In this document: positions 1 to 8,532 of the stretch, one piece after another
How positions within the stretch are numbered: position 1 is the stretch's first letter
Layout: every line of letters begins with the position of its first letter
Virus record (IMG/VR): IMGVR_UViG_3300030430_003901
Span: 1 to 53,691 of that record
DNA from: a virus
Taxonomy: Duplodnaviria > Caudoviricetes
Reading direction: 5' to 3' (one strand)
Length of the DNA: 53,691 nt
Translations under genes and position numbers: made by a program
Notes under the pieces: model-generated
The model's input: the letters and a program-made list of their open reading frames with translations, nothing else
What the model was told of the DNA's origin: nothing
Databases searched by the model: none

Positions 1-2
1 CT

Positions 3-3000
3 GTATATGGTGCTGTCATAGATGGAAAGGTATTTTTAAATCCAAAACATCAAAGCATGAATGCTGCCATACACGAGTTTGGTCACATATGGCTAAACAC
101 AGCTAAGACTGCACGACCTGATTTATATAAAAAAGGATTGGAGCTTGTGTCAGATAGTCAGTATATAGATGACATTAAAAATGATAGAGCTTACCAAAGA
201 ATTATAAAGGAAATGGAGAAGGAAGGTAGAAGTCAGGAAATGATAGACAACTTCATAAAAGAAGAAGCATTGGCTACTGCTATAGGGGATAAAGGAGAAG
301 CTTTTGTACTAGCGTCTAAAGAAAGAGGCTTTAAGGTTTGGCTTAAAAAATTATTCAATTACATAAAATCCTTGATGGGTTTATCTAAAAAAACCAAGAA
401 AGATATTACCAACATGACAATGGATGACTTTGTAGAAGGGGTTGTTGTTGATTTGCTTTCAGGAGAACCTGTGTTTGCAGGATTTGAAGCCAATAATTTA
501 GAGAATACATTTCAAATGATGGCTAAGAAAGATGCTACGAAATCTACCATGGCTGACATAATTGAAACAGCACGACAGATGGAAATATCTGATGCTGCAA
601 TAAAATTATATTTAAGAAAACGAGGTTTCAAAGTTGCTGAAATAAATGATGCAATGAAAATTGCCACAGACCTATTTGAAAGTGTGCCTCAAATGTTTGG
701 TAATATAAATGGAGGTATGAGTGTTGGAATGCAGGTGTATGGAAGAGTAATGCAAGAGGTCAATAAGTTTGTTAAGAAAAGAAATACTACTTTGTCAGAA
801 GCAAGAGCTAAAGCTCAAGAGATTCTGAAACAACAACCTGAGTTTCAGGAACTGAATAAAACACTACAAGATGATTTACTTGTTGCCCTAGACAAACAGT
901 TGGGGATTCAAAGAAACATTGAGATTGCCAATGACATCAAGAAAATGAAAGAAAGAACAAGGCAACAAAAACTTGGAGCTAGACAATTAAGTGAATTACA
1001 AAGGGAGATGAAGAATTTTATATTCAAGAATATGCCAAAGACCAAATGGACTTCTCCACAAGTAAAAAAGTTTTTGAATAATATTGCAGACGCTAAGTTC
1101 TATAAAGATTTCTATACTGTAAAACAACCTGATGATATCAGAATGGTTTTGGATAATGTAATCCAAATGATTAACAAGCAAAACACTAGAGATTCATTTA
1201 GTGTTTTTGACAAAATACTTGGGACCAAACTCAAAGTAAAAGCTAGTGCAAGATTCAAAGGAAAGTTTCTACCCAACCTTCAGGATGCTATAAATAAATT
1301 AAAGAACAATATCATAACCACCAACCCAACAAATGAAGAAGATGTAACTGCTATAAACAATAAGATAACAGAACTTAAAAAAGAGTTTGATAAAATTAAA
1401 AACAAGAATGTATATTCAGTAGATGATGAAATTAATCTCGAGACTCTACAAATAGCCATATTGTATAACGAAGCAAGATTGATGGATGACACCAATCCAC
1501 ACAAATCTTCTACATTAGATGAGGCAACCACATTATTAAAAGAACTTTTTGTTCAGGGTCGTCAACAGTTCAAGGCTGATATGGAGCAAAGAAGGGTGAG
1601 ATACAATGAGCTAAAAAGAAAATTATATAAAGATGTTTCAGGGCTTGACAATGACTTTAACGACAAGAAGCAAACCAATGATGCACTTAGAAAACTAAAC
1701 AACACATTAAAAAGGATTGACAACAACACTTTAACTAAGTACGCCACTAAATTAGCTGCTGCATTCAAAAGCTTTTTTACCGGAAATATGGGTATAGATG
1801 TTCTCTCCGAACAAATATCTAGAGAGTCGACTGATATATATAGCACAGAAGCAAACAAGTTAATATACGACCCTATATATAGAGCTAGGCTTGAAAGAGA
1901 TAAAGGTGTGGTTTATATGCAGGATTTAATTCGTTCCAAAATGGAAGAGTATTTTGGTAAAAATTATGAATTGATATTGGATGACTTCAGTAAAGTTACA
2001 ATTGCTTTTGAAGCCAATCCAAAAAGGGCTGCTGAAATAAAACAAAAACTAAAAACCCTTGACAAACAATCCATAGAGTTTCAGGAGCTTACAAACGAAT
2101 TGAGTGATATGACCATTCAACTCACACAAAATCAAATGTATTATATATATAATCAAGGATTAGATACTGCTAACCACCCGGGTCTTCAGAACAATGAATT
2201 GCTACAAGACAGTCAATTTAATTTGAAAGAATTACTAAAACAGATAGATGAAAAATTAGACCCAAGAATAAGAAGATGGGCAGAGTGGCAGGTGCAAGAG
2301 TTTTTCCCTAGTGTATACCCAAGATATAATTCTGTCTATAAGGATATATACCGAACCAATATGCCATGGAACAGTAAGTATGCAGGAAGATTGCAAAGAA
2401 CTTTAGAGCAAGAAGAAGTAGGTATCTTAGATTTGAAAGATATGAATAACAAAAAATATCAAACAAATATTGGTGGTCAATCTACTATAGCAAGGATAAA
2501 TAATGCAGCACCTATACAGTTTGTTGATGGAAACCAACAGTTGAGAAGATATATTCAAGACATGGAAAACTTCAGAGCTTATGCTATACCACTTAGAGAT
2601 GTGAACAAACTTCTGAATGAGAGTCTTATTAAACAAGCAATGAACTACAAAGTTGGGTTTGACATCCATAATATGATTTATCAAAATCTACAAATGGTAG
2701 CCAATCCTTATGGTAAAAGGTCTACAGGACCGGTAGATAAGTTATTTGATAAATTCTTTGACATCACATCAGGGTTATATATATACAAAGCCCTAGCTGC
2801 CAATCCCACAATCATGCTAAAACAGTTTTCTTCTGCTATGGCTTTTGCGGGTTACATAGGTTATAGAAATTGGTTTACTTATGCCACAAAAGAATTAAGA
2901 AATGGAATAGGCACTTGGAATACAACATGGCAAGAAATGTACAAGAACTCGCCTACCTTACAGCAAAGATATACAAGAAGGGATTTCGCTAGAATGTTTG

Positions 3001-4049
3001 AGGGGTATAATCAAAGACCAAGCAAAAGTTTTTTTGATAGGCTTAATGTAAAGATTCCAAAAAGCATCAACGAAAAGTTAAGTCGTAAAAAAATTGACCT
3101 TGCCCGAGTAGTCGATGCAATGATGTGGTTTGTTAAAACAGGAGATAAAGGTGGTGTTATGGGTAGCATACCTGCTTATAGTTATTACAAAGACCAATTC
3201 AAAAAAGACAACCCACAGTCAACTGACAAACAAGCAATAGATTTTGCATTGGATAAAGTGATGAAACAAATAATAACTACTCAGCAAGATTTTGATGCAC
3301 TCAACAGAGACGCATATCAAAACAATAGATATATGAGGTTGTTTCAGTTGTTTACATCCTCGCCTAGAGCTTTGCTAAGGAGAGATATACAAAACATGGT
3401 AGGGTTGTACACTAAGATGATTAAGCTAGACCCAAACGCAGGTAAGGGTACGCTAGGTCAGAACTTAAGAGGTGTGTTTACTTATCACTTGTTGTTACCT
3501 TTGACATTTCAATTCATTGCATCAGGCTTCCCCGGTATAGCACGAGAGTGGAGAGACGAAGATGATTTTGATTTTATTAGGGCAGCTATAGTGGGGACTT
3601 TCAATTCAGCTTTTATAGTCGGTGACCTTTTAACTTATATATTTGATTCGATGTCCAACAAGCCTTGGGCAAAGCCAATACGAAACATACCTATCCTTGA
3701 CCAACTTAAAGCTGTCAATGATGACTACACATTATATAAGAATGCTAAGTCAGAAGCAACTGCAGAGAAATATCAATTCAGAACAATGGTCAAGTTGGCT
3801 GAACTCTTTGGTGTACCTGCTAACAACTTTGCTAAGTTCTATGAGAATTATTCTAAAATAATGTTTGGCGATGTCAAGAGTCCCGGAGAGGCTTTCTTGA
3901 GAATGTTTAACTATTCGGAATATCAAATCTATGGTTACGAAGAGTTAAAACGAAGAGCAAACACAAAGACATCTTCTTCGAGACGAACAAAGAAAAAAAG
4001 AAAAAGATATTCTAAAAAAGAAACAGAAGAATTTGATTGGTTACAGTAA
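3..4049 (+). CDS. Large virion/ejection-type polyvalent protein with a zincin-like (HExxH) domain, 5'-truncated by window edge
   Basis: Frame is open from base 3 (VYGAVIDGKVFLNPKHQSMNAAIHEFGHIW). The YG..DGKVFLN...HEFGH...EEALA pattern resembles MPTase-like domains of large polyvalent phage proteins. The remainder is long and helical. Confidence 0.6.
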   Translation, partial: VYGAVIDGKVFLNPKHQSMNAAIHEFGHIWLNTAKTARPDLYKKGLELVSDSQYIDDIKNDRAYQRIIKEMEKEGRSQEMIDNFIKEEALATAIGDKGEAFVLASKERGFKVWLKKLFNYIKSLMGLSKKTKKDITNMTMDDFVEGVVVDLLSGEPVFAGFEANNLENTFQMMAKKDATKSTMADIIETARQMEISDAAIKLYLRKRGFKVAEINDAMKIATDLFESVPQMFGNINGGMSVGMQVYGRVMQEVNKFVKKRNTTLSEARAKAQEILKQQPEFQELNKTLQDDLLVALDKQLGIQRNIEIANDIKKMKERTRQQKLGARQLSELQREMKNFIFKNMPKTKWTSPQVKKFLNNIADAKFYKDFYTVKQPDDIRMVLDNVIQMINKQNTRDSFSVFDKILGTKLKVKASARFKGKFLPNLQDAINKLKNNIITTNPTNEEDVTAINNKITELKKEFDKIKNKNVYSVDDEINLETLQIAILYNEARLMDDTNPHKSSTLDEATTLLKELFVQGRQQFKADMEQRRVRYNELKRKLYKDVSGLDNDFNDKKQTNDALRKLNNTLKRIDNNTLTKYATKLAAAFKSFFTGNMGIDVLSEQISRESTDIYSTEANKLIYDPIYRARLERDKGVVYMQDLIRSKMEEYFGKNYELILDDFSKVTIAFEANPKRAAEIKQKLKTLDKQSIEFQELTNELSDMTIQLTQNQMYYIYNQGLDTANHPGLQNNELLQDSQFNLKELLKQIDEKLDPRIRRWAEWQVQEFFPSVYPRYNSVYKDIYRTNMPWNSKYAGRLQRTLEQEEVGILDLKDMNNKKYQTNIGGQSTIARINNAAPIQFVDGNQQLRRYIQDMENFRAYAIPLRDVNKLLNESLIKQAMNYKVGFDIHNMIYQNLQMVANPYGKRSTGPVDKLFDKFFDITSGLYIYKALAANPTIMLKQFSSAMAFAGYIGYRNWFTYATKELRNGIGTWNTTWQEMYKNSPTLQQRYTRRDFARMFEGYNQRPSKSFFDRLNVKIPKSINEKLSRKKIDLARVVDAMMWFVKTGDKGGVMGSIPAYSYYKDQFKKDNPQSTDKQAIDFALDKVMKQIITTQQDFDALNRDAYQNNRYMRLFQLFTSSPRALLRRDIQNMVGLYTKMIKLDPNAGKGTLGQNLRGVFTYHLLLPLTFQFIASGFPGIAREWRDEDDFDFIRAAIVGTFNSAFIVGDLLTYIFDSMSNKPWAKPIRNIPILDQLKAVNDDYTLYKNAKSEATAEKYQFRTMVKLAELFGVPANNFAKFYENYSKIMFGDVKSPGEAFLRMFNYSEYQIYGYEELKRRANTKTSSSRRTKKKRKRYSKKETEEFDWLQ

Positions 4050-4207
4050 TGCCGTTTACAAAAATAGGAAATAATAAAAATCAGAGTCCGAGTGGTAGGA
4101 TATTCACAGACGCACAAGTCAGGTTGTATTATGCTACAGATGGATTCAAAAAAAAATCCCCTAAGAAACCTAGGGGATTAAGACCATCTAAAAGATACGG
4201 AGGTTAA
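4049..4207 (+). CDS. Small basic protein, 52 aa (MPFTKIGNNKNQSPSGRIFTDAQVRLYYATDGF...), not in ORF track
   Basis: ATG overlaps the TAA of the previous gene (TAATG); its stop overlaps the convergent gene's stop (TTAA 4204-4207). Confidence 0.65.
   Translation: MPFTKIGNNKNQSPSGRIFTDAQVRLYYATDGFKKKSPKKPRGLRPSKRYGG
4148..4179 (-). terminator. Intrinsic terminator closing the minus-strand arm
   Basis: Minus strand AATCCCCTA-ggtttct-TAGGGGATT followed by a T-run, about 25 nt after the stop of 4204-4653. Confidence 0.75.
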
Positions 4208-4653
4208 TATCCTTCTCCTGAAATAATACTTCTTTTGAAATGATAAGCTTTCTCATAGTATGAGTTTGCTCTCCATTGTCCACAGTTCCAACTATCCATG
4301 TGTTTGCCGTTGACAATCGCTGTCAAATGGGATGTGGTTGTTATGATGTATCTGCCCCTTGGTTTAGCAGGGAAGTGTCTAACCTCATAAGTTTTATTAT
4401 TGTCGTTACGCATGGGTCTTCTTTTTACCCATCCATGTGACTCAAGAAATTTTGTATAAGTTTGTTCTTGATTGGGAAGAAACATAGTTTCTTTAGACTT
4501 ATCCAATAGACCATTGAATACTGTTTTATAATCCATGCCTGTTGCGTGTACAATAGCACGGATTACACAGTCGCCTGTCTGAACATTCTTTTTTGTTCTT
4601 TGTTTTTTAGGGAAAATCTTTTCCCTTGGGTTTGATTTTACAAATGTATTCAT
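4204..4653 (-). CDS. Phage protein with putative papain-like Cys-His-Asp triad
   Basis: GDCVIRAI (Cys), SHLTAI (His), HMDSWN (Asp) in papain-like order; has its own promoter. Confidence 0.5.
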   Translation of the reverse strand: MNTFVKSNPREKIFPKKQRTKKNVQTGDCVIRAIVHATGMDYKTVFNGLLDKSKETMFLPNQEQTYTKFLESHGWVKRRPMRNDNNKTYEVRHFPAKPRGRYIITTTSHLTAIVNGKHMDSWNCGQWRANSYYEKAYHFKRSIISGEGY

Positions 4654-4677
4654 AGTGTTTTGATTTTAAAATTTGAA

Positions 4678-4709
4678 CAAAGATACGAAAAAAATTCGAC
4701 ATATCCAAA
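4678..4709 (-). promoter_or_regulatory. Early-class promoter, copy 1 of conserved 32-bp motif
   Basis: TTTG-GATATGTCGAATTTTTTTCG-TATCTTTG matches the Bacteroidetes -33 TTTG / -7 TAnnTTTG layout. Confidence 0.8.
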
Positions 4710-4722
4710 TCCTTCCTGTTGG

Positions 4723-5136
4723 CTAATAAAATTTGAAGTAACGAAAAGTCTTTTGTTTTGGATAATAAATCATCAGCTCTTGGTCATTGACAGCACCCTC
4801 CCTTGGCTTTCTTCCACCCCATCTTACTTCACCTTTTATCTCTGTTGGTTTGCCATATATAATACCGTCATCACACGCCCATATAATAACAGGATTTAAT
4901 CTCTTGTCACATATCTTTACTACCTTTCTCGCAGCAATCGGTAAAGGATAAGCTTGGCTCAGGGTTTTATATCTACCTTTTACTTCTGCGTATGCAATAA
5001 GACTACCTTCTTTATCATATACTCGGTAATCTACATCATTAGGTCCGAGCTTTTTGAAGGAGCCTTGAAACCTATCTACAAAAAATTGTATTGCCTTCTT
5101 CTCTCTGCTTAAATCTTTTTCTTTTTCAAATCTCAT
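4723..5136 (-). CDS. PD-(D/E)XK restriction-endonuclease-fold protein
   Basis: N-terminal REKK helix, then DVDYRV...YAEVKGR (D...ExK). Confidence 0.6.
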   Translation of the reverse strand: MRFEKEKDLSREKKAIQFFVDRFQGSFKKLGPNDVDYRVYDKEGSLIAYAEVKGRYKTLSQAYPLPIAARKVVKICDKRLNPVIIWACDDGIIYGKPTEIKGEVRWGGRKPREGAVNDQELMIYYPKQKTFRYFKFY

Positions 5137-5526
5137 TTAATTATAATGTATTTCTGCGTGGCATCTACAACAAAGAACAACGCATTTGTCAATTTCTTTT
5201 TGTATTTTTTTTACTGAATATCCTTTGTGACCTCCATCTCCTATAGCAAATAATTTATTGTCTTGAGGATGATGAAACTGTAAGGCTGAAGAGGTAAAGT
5301 TTGAATGAGTTTTTTTTGAATATCCACATTTTACGCAACTCAAATTTTCTTTATATGAATGTATCCAAGCTCTTGACTTGGCTCTTTTTTCTCTATTGTA
5401 AACAACCTTACAAGGTTTACACAAAGTATCTCTTATAATACTTCCATCTTTTTTTTTATGTCCACTTGCAAAAAAATTATCTTCCCTTTTAAATTTTTTA
5501 CATCGTCTGCATTTTTTATATTTCAT
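5137..5526 (-). CDS. HNH endonuclease with N-terminal Zn ribbon
   Basis: CRRC, CKPC, CVKCG, LQFHH, KCVVLCCRCHAEIH motifs. Confidence 0.8.
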   Translation of the reverse strand: MKYKKCRRCKKFKREDNFFASGHKKKDGSIIRDTLCKPCKVVYNREKRAKSRAWIHSYKENLSCVKCGYSKKTHSNFTSSALQFHHPQDNKLFAIGDGGHKGYSVKKIQKEIDKCVVLCCRCHAEIHYN

Positions 5527-5704
5527 CCTGTAAAGAGTCCGACAACGATTTAAGTTTGATTTGTAATTTATCTATTGCTTCTCTAGTAACAGCATATTCT
5601 TTGTCACAAAGGCTTTCGTAAATTTGGCAATGGTGGTCATTGAACTCATTCATCAAAGCATTGATGTGATGCATTCTTTCCTGCTCAAGTGCCGTTATGA
5701 CCAT
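5516..5704 (-). CDS. Hypothetical protein
   Basis: Fits the operon and overlaps the next gene's start. Confidence 0.55.
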   Translation of the reverse strand: MVITALEQERMHHINALMNEFNDHHCQIYESLCDKEYAVTREAIDKLQIKLKSLSDSLQDEI

Positions 5705-5745
5705 AATTTTATGTGGATTTGCTACAATTTAGGATTAAATTTTTA

Positions 5746-6180
5746 CTAATCCAATTCTTCGAGCTTCAATTTTTCTTTTAAGTAGTAATTTTCTTCCATC
5801 AAAATCTCTTTTTCTTCACGCAGAATATCATTACTAGCTTGTAATTCTACATATTTTTTTTGCAACTCAGACATAGTCATATCATAAACAGGAGAGTGAT
5901 GATTTTCAAACATAAGTAGGCACGAATCATACTTAGTTTTTAAATCAGGGTCTTGCTTTAAATAACTCGGTGCATTATTTAATAGATATAAAACAGTTGC
6001 ATGATTTTTATTTATTGATTTACCTATTTTGCTTAAGCCAAGTCCTCTGTTTCTTAATATATAACTGTAAACTAATCGTGCATCTACATGAACTCTTGTC
6101 CTTCTTAGGCTAGAAACATCTACTTGAAACTCATTGCTGACTATTTGTTTCAAGTAGTTTATCTTTTCTTCTGTTATCAT
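5746..6180 (-). CDS. DnaA domain IV-like HTH protein with C-terminal coiled coil
   Basis: RRTRVHVDARLVYSYILR...LSKIGKSINKNHATVLY resembles the DnaA C-terminal signature (R..AMYL....SL..IG..F.RDHTTV). Confidence 0.7.
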   Translation of the reverse strand: MITEEKINYLKQIVSNEFQVDVSSLRRTRVHVDARLVYSYILRNRGLGLSKIGKSINKNHATVLYLLNNAPSYLKQDPDLKTKYDSCLLMFENHHSPVYDMTMSELQKKYVELQASNDILREEKEILMEENYYLKEKLKLEELD

Positions 6181-6496
6181 TTAATTTAATTGTTAAGTTT
6201 TCATTATAATAATCTAGGTAGTCATCAACATCTATTTCTGCTAAGTCTAAAAGTATGGGTGGCTCTCCTGCTTCCCTAACATACTCACATTCAAAATAAT
6301 ATGGTCGGTTTAATACAGTAGAAACTCCTGCTATTTTTTGTGTCCAATACTCTTTTGACTTTAGTTGGTCTATAGACCTATCAATTTGAGTAGCCACATT
6401 AATACCAAGTTTGCTAGGTAAGTCTCTGATTTTATCAACAAACCAATCATCAACTTCGTAGTGCTTAACCTCCCCTATATATTTCTGTCTTAGCAT
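6131..6496 (-). CDS. Hypothetical protein
   Basis: Operon-consistent ORF; start uncertain. Confidence 0.55.
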   Translation of the reverse strand: MLRQKYIGEVKHYEVDDWFVDKIRDLPSKLGINVATQIDRSIDQLKSKEYWTQKIAGVSTVLNRPYYFECEYVREAGEPPILLDLAEIDVDDYLDYYNENLTIKLNDNRRKDKLLETNSQQ

Positions 6497-6704
6497 ATTT
6501 TTTCAATTCTTTAATTCTAAATTTTTGTAACTCAGACACCACACCATCAGGTTTTTTACATTCTACAAATAAAACTTCTGAATCAGGTGGTATAGCAATT
6601 AAATCAGGTATACCATTTTTATTTGTAACAGTTAACTTGATTACATAGTAACCCTCTGCTTCAAGTTCCTTTATTCTTTTCTTCTGTATTTGTTGCTCTG
6701 TCAT
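6465..6704 (-). CDS. VRR-NUC domain nuclease (Holliday junction resolvase-like)
   Basis: EQQIQ...GIPDLIA...FVECKKPDG...SELQ; lies near a SNF2 helicase, as is typical. Confidence 0.85.
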   Translation of the reverse strand: MTEQQIQKKRIKELEAEGYYVIKLTVTNKNGIPDLIAIPPDSEVLFVECKKPDGVVSELQKFRIKELKKYAKTEIYRGG

Positions 6705-6876
6705 TTCTATAATCTAATATAAAACCTATTGCTACAATCACATTCATTCCTACAGAACTTAGCAGTTCATATAGGTCATGGAAGGTGTGAACAGAAAGAT
6801 GTATATGACCCACTACCCAAAAAGGTATTGCTAAATTTTGGCTTATCCATATAAGTAAGAACTTAACAAACCTCAT
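6661..6876 (-). CDS. Small membrane protein
   Basis: Two hydrophobic segments. Confidence 0.5.
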   Translation of the reverse strand: MRFVKFLLIWISQNLAIPFWVVGHIHLSVHTFHDLYELLSSVGMNVIVAIGFILDYRNDRATNTEEKNKGT

Positions 6877-6877
6877 C

Positions 6878-8113
6878 TTACAAAGATAACAAATCCTTTT
6901 TGAAATGATTTACCGTATAATCTTTCTTCTTAACCACAGTCTTGTATATATCTTTTTCAATACCATCCTTAGCAAAAACCCAATAGACATTGTTCTTTAA
7001 CCTTTCTTTAGTGGTCATCCTGTCCCTTGATTGCCAATAGGAAGTAGCAGAAAAGTCTATGTTATAATACACCAAACACTTTGCTTTAGATAAACTAATC
7101 CCCTCCCTCCCACTAACAATCTGTAGGGCAATATTCTTGTCCGTGCTATTGAACTCTTCAAGCTCAGTCGTGAGTGAACCACTAAACACTTCTTTCAAAG
7201 CTTTGTATTCAGCACGGAACTTATAGAATATTGCAATCTTTTTTCCTTTAAAATGCTCTTGGATAAAATGAGCCTTGGTGGAATCAAGTATCATAGAGTT
7301 ACCTGACTCAAACTTAACAGTCCCTGAACACATTTGATGAACCTTACTCATTAATTTTACAGGTGTATCTCCAAGTATGACTTCTTGTATACCCTCTACC
7401 ACTCTGTCTCTTTTCAACATCTTAATATAGTTGTAAGTTTGTGGCATCATTTCAACTTCTAAGATATTTTCCGTAGTCTCTACCTTGAACCCTGCTTCTT
7501 TTTGAGAGTAACTAATAGTATAAGGCTTCATTTCATCTAAGATACTAAGCCTACCCTTAGAGTAATCGTTTATATATAAAGAGTTTATTTTTTTTCGTGT
7601 GACAGAAATATACCTTTGGGCAAACGCATAAAAGTTTTTGAAAGTTTTAAAAGGATTGAGGGGTATACCATACACCTGATGATACATTTGACTATAACTC
7701 TCAGGGGTTGGTGTTCCTGATAACAAACAAACAGCAGGGTCATATTTTTTTATAAAGTCACGGACATCCTTTGCTCTTTTACTTGGCTTAGGGAAAGCAC
7801 CCAATCCATGTGCCTCATCAAGAACTAGAAAATCACATCTACTTATATCAAGTTTATGCATCGACTCGTAGTTAATTATCTTGATAAAAAAATTAGGTTG
7901 TAATAATTCGTAGTCTTTAATTATAGAACTTATTGCTTTTTTCTTGGTTAAGAATACTACATTCTTGTAACCACAGGCTCGTGCTATTCCCAAAGCAGTT
8001 AAAGTTTTACCTGTCCTAACTTCCATGGCTAAGTAAACAAATCTATACTTGTTTACAACCTCTCTACCTTGGTTAATTATTTTCTTTTGGTACGGTCTCC
8101 AATTTAGTTTCAT
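6878..8113 (-). CDS. SF2 (SNF2-like) helicase
   Basis: Walker A variant EVRTGKT, LVLDEAH, LSGTP, SGREGISL, QSRDR. Confidence 0.9.
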   Translation of the reverse strand: MKLNWRPYQKKIINQGREVVNKYRFVYLAMEVRTGKTLTALGIARACGYKNVVFLTKKKAISSIIKDYELLQPNFFIKIINYESMHKLDISRCDFLVLDEAHGLGAFPKPSKRAKDVRDFIKKYDPAVCLLSGTPTPESYSQMYHQVYGIPLNPFKTFKNFYAFAQRYISVTRKKINSLYINDYSKGRLSILDEMKPYTISYSQKEAGFKVETTENILEVEMMPQTYNYIKMLKRDRVVEGIQEVILGDTPVKLMSKVHQMCSGTVKFESGNSMILDSTKAHFIQEHFKGKKIAIFYKFRAEYKALKEVFSGSLTTELEEFNSTDKNIALQIVSGREGISLSKAKCLVYYNIDFSATSYWQSRDRMTTKERLKNNVYWVFAKDGIEKDIYKTVVKKKDYTVNHFKKDLLSL

Positions 8114-8318
8114 AGTGTTTTATTGATTTTTTTATTCTTTCTCTAACCTGTCTATCTGAATCATCATCATATAGATATACCTCTATTTCAGTTGCTTTTT
8201 TTCCCCTACCCACTTTTTGTTTTGTGGTTATACTCATAACATTATCTAAAACTCTAAGTTGTTTCAAAGTTTCTTCAATAGAGTAACCTCTGTCTGTGTA
8301 GTCAATTATCTCTTTCAT
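8073..8318 (-). CDS. Hypothetical protein
   Basis: Operon-consistent ORF. Confidence 0.55.
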   Translation of the reverse strand: MKEIIDYTDRGYSIEETLKQLRVLDNVMSITTKQKVGRGKKATEIEVYLYDDDSDRQVRERIKKSIKHYETKLETVPKENN

Positions 8319-8532
8319 TTAAAAACTTATATATTTTAGTACATTTTTCATACTCTTCCTCACCTGCAAAATAATCACTCATGTCTTTTAATAATTTTTT
8401 AGATATAGGTTTGGATGGATGGTGTATAAAAAAACCGACATTGCCTTTTATTAATTCAGAAGCATCTTTGCCGTTAAGAATAACTTCATAGGAATTTCTA
8501 AACGCCATATCTATTTCTTCATAAAACTCCAT
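8302..8532 (-). CDS. Hypothetical protein with UVR-like EEYEKC motif
   Basis: YFAGEEEYEKCTKI; start coupled to the primase stop. Confidence 0.55.
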   Translation of the reverse strand: MEFYEEIDMAFRNSYEVILNGKDASELIKGNVGFFIHHPSKPISKKLLKDMSDYFAGEEEYEKCTKIYKFLNERDN

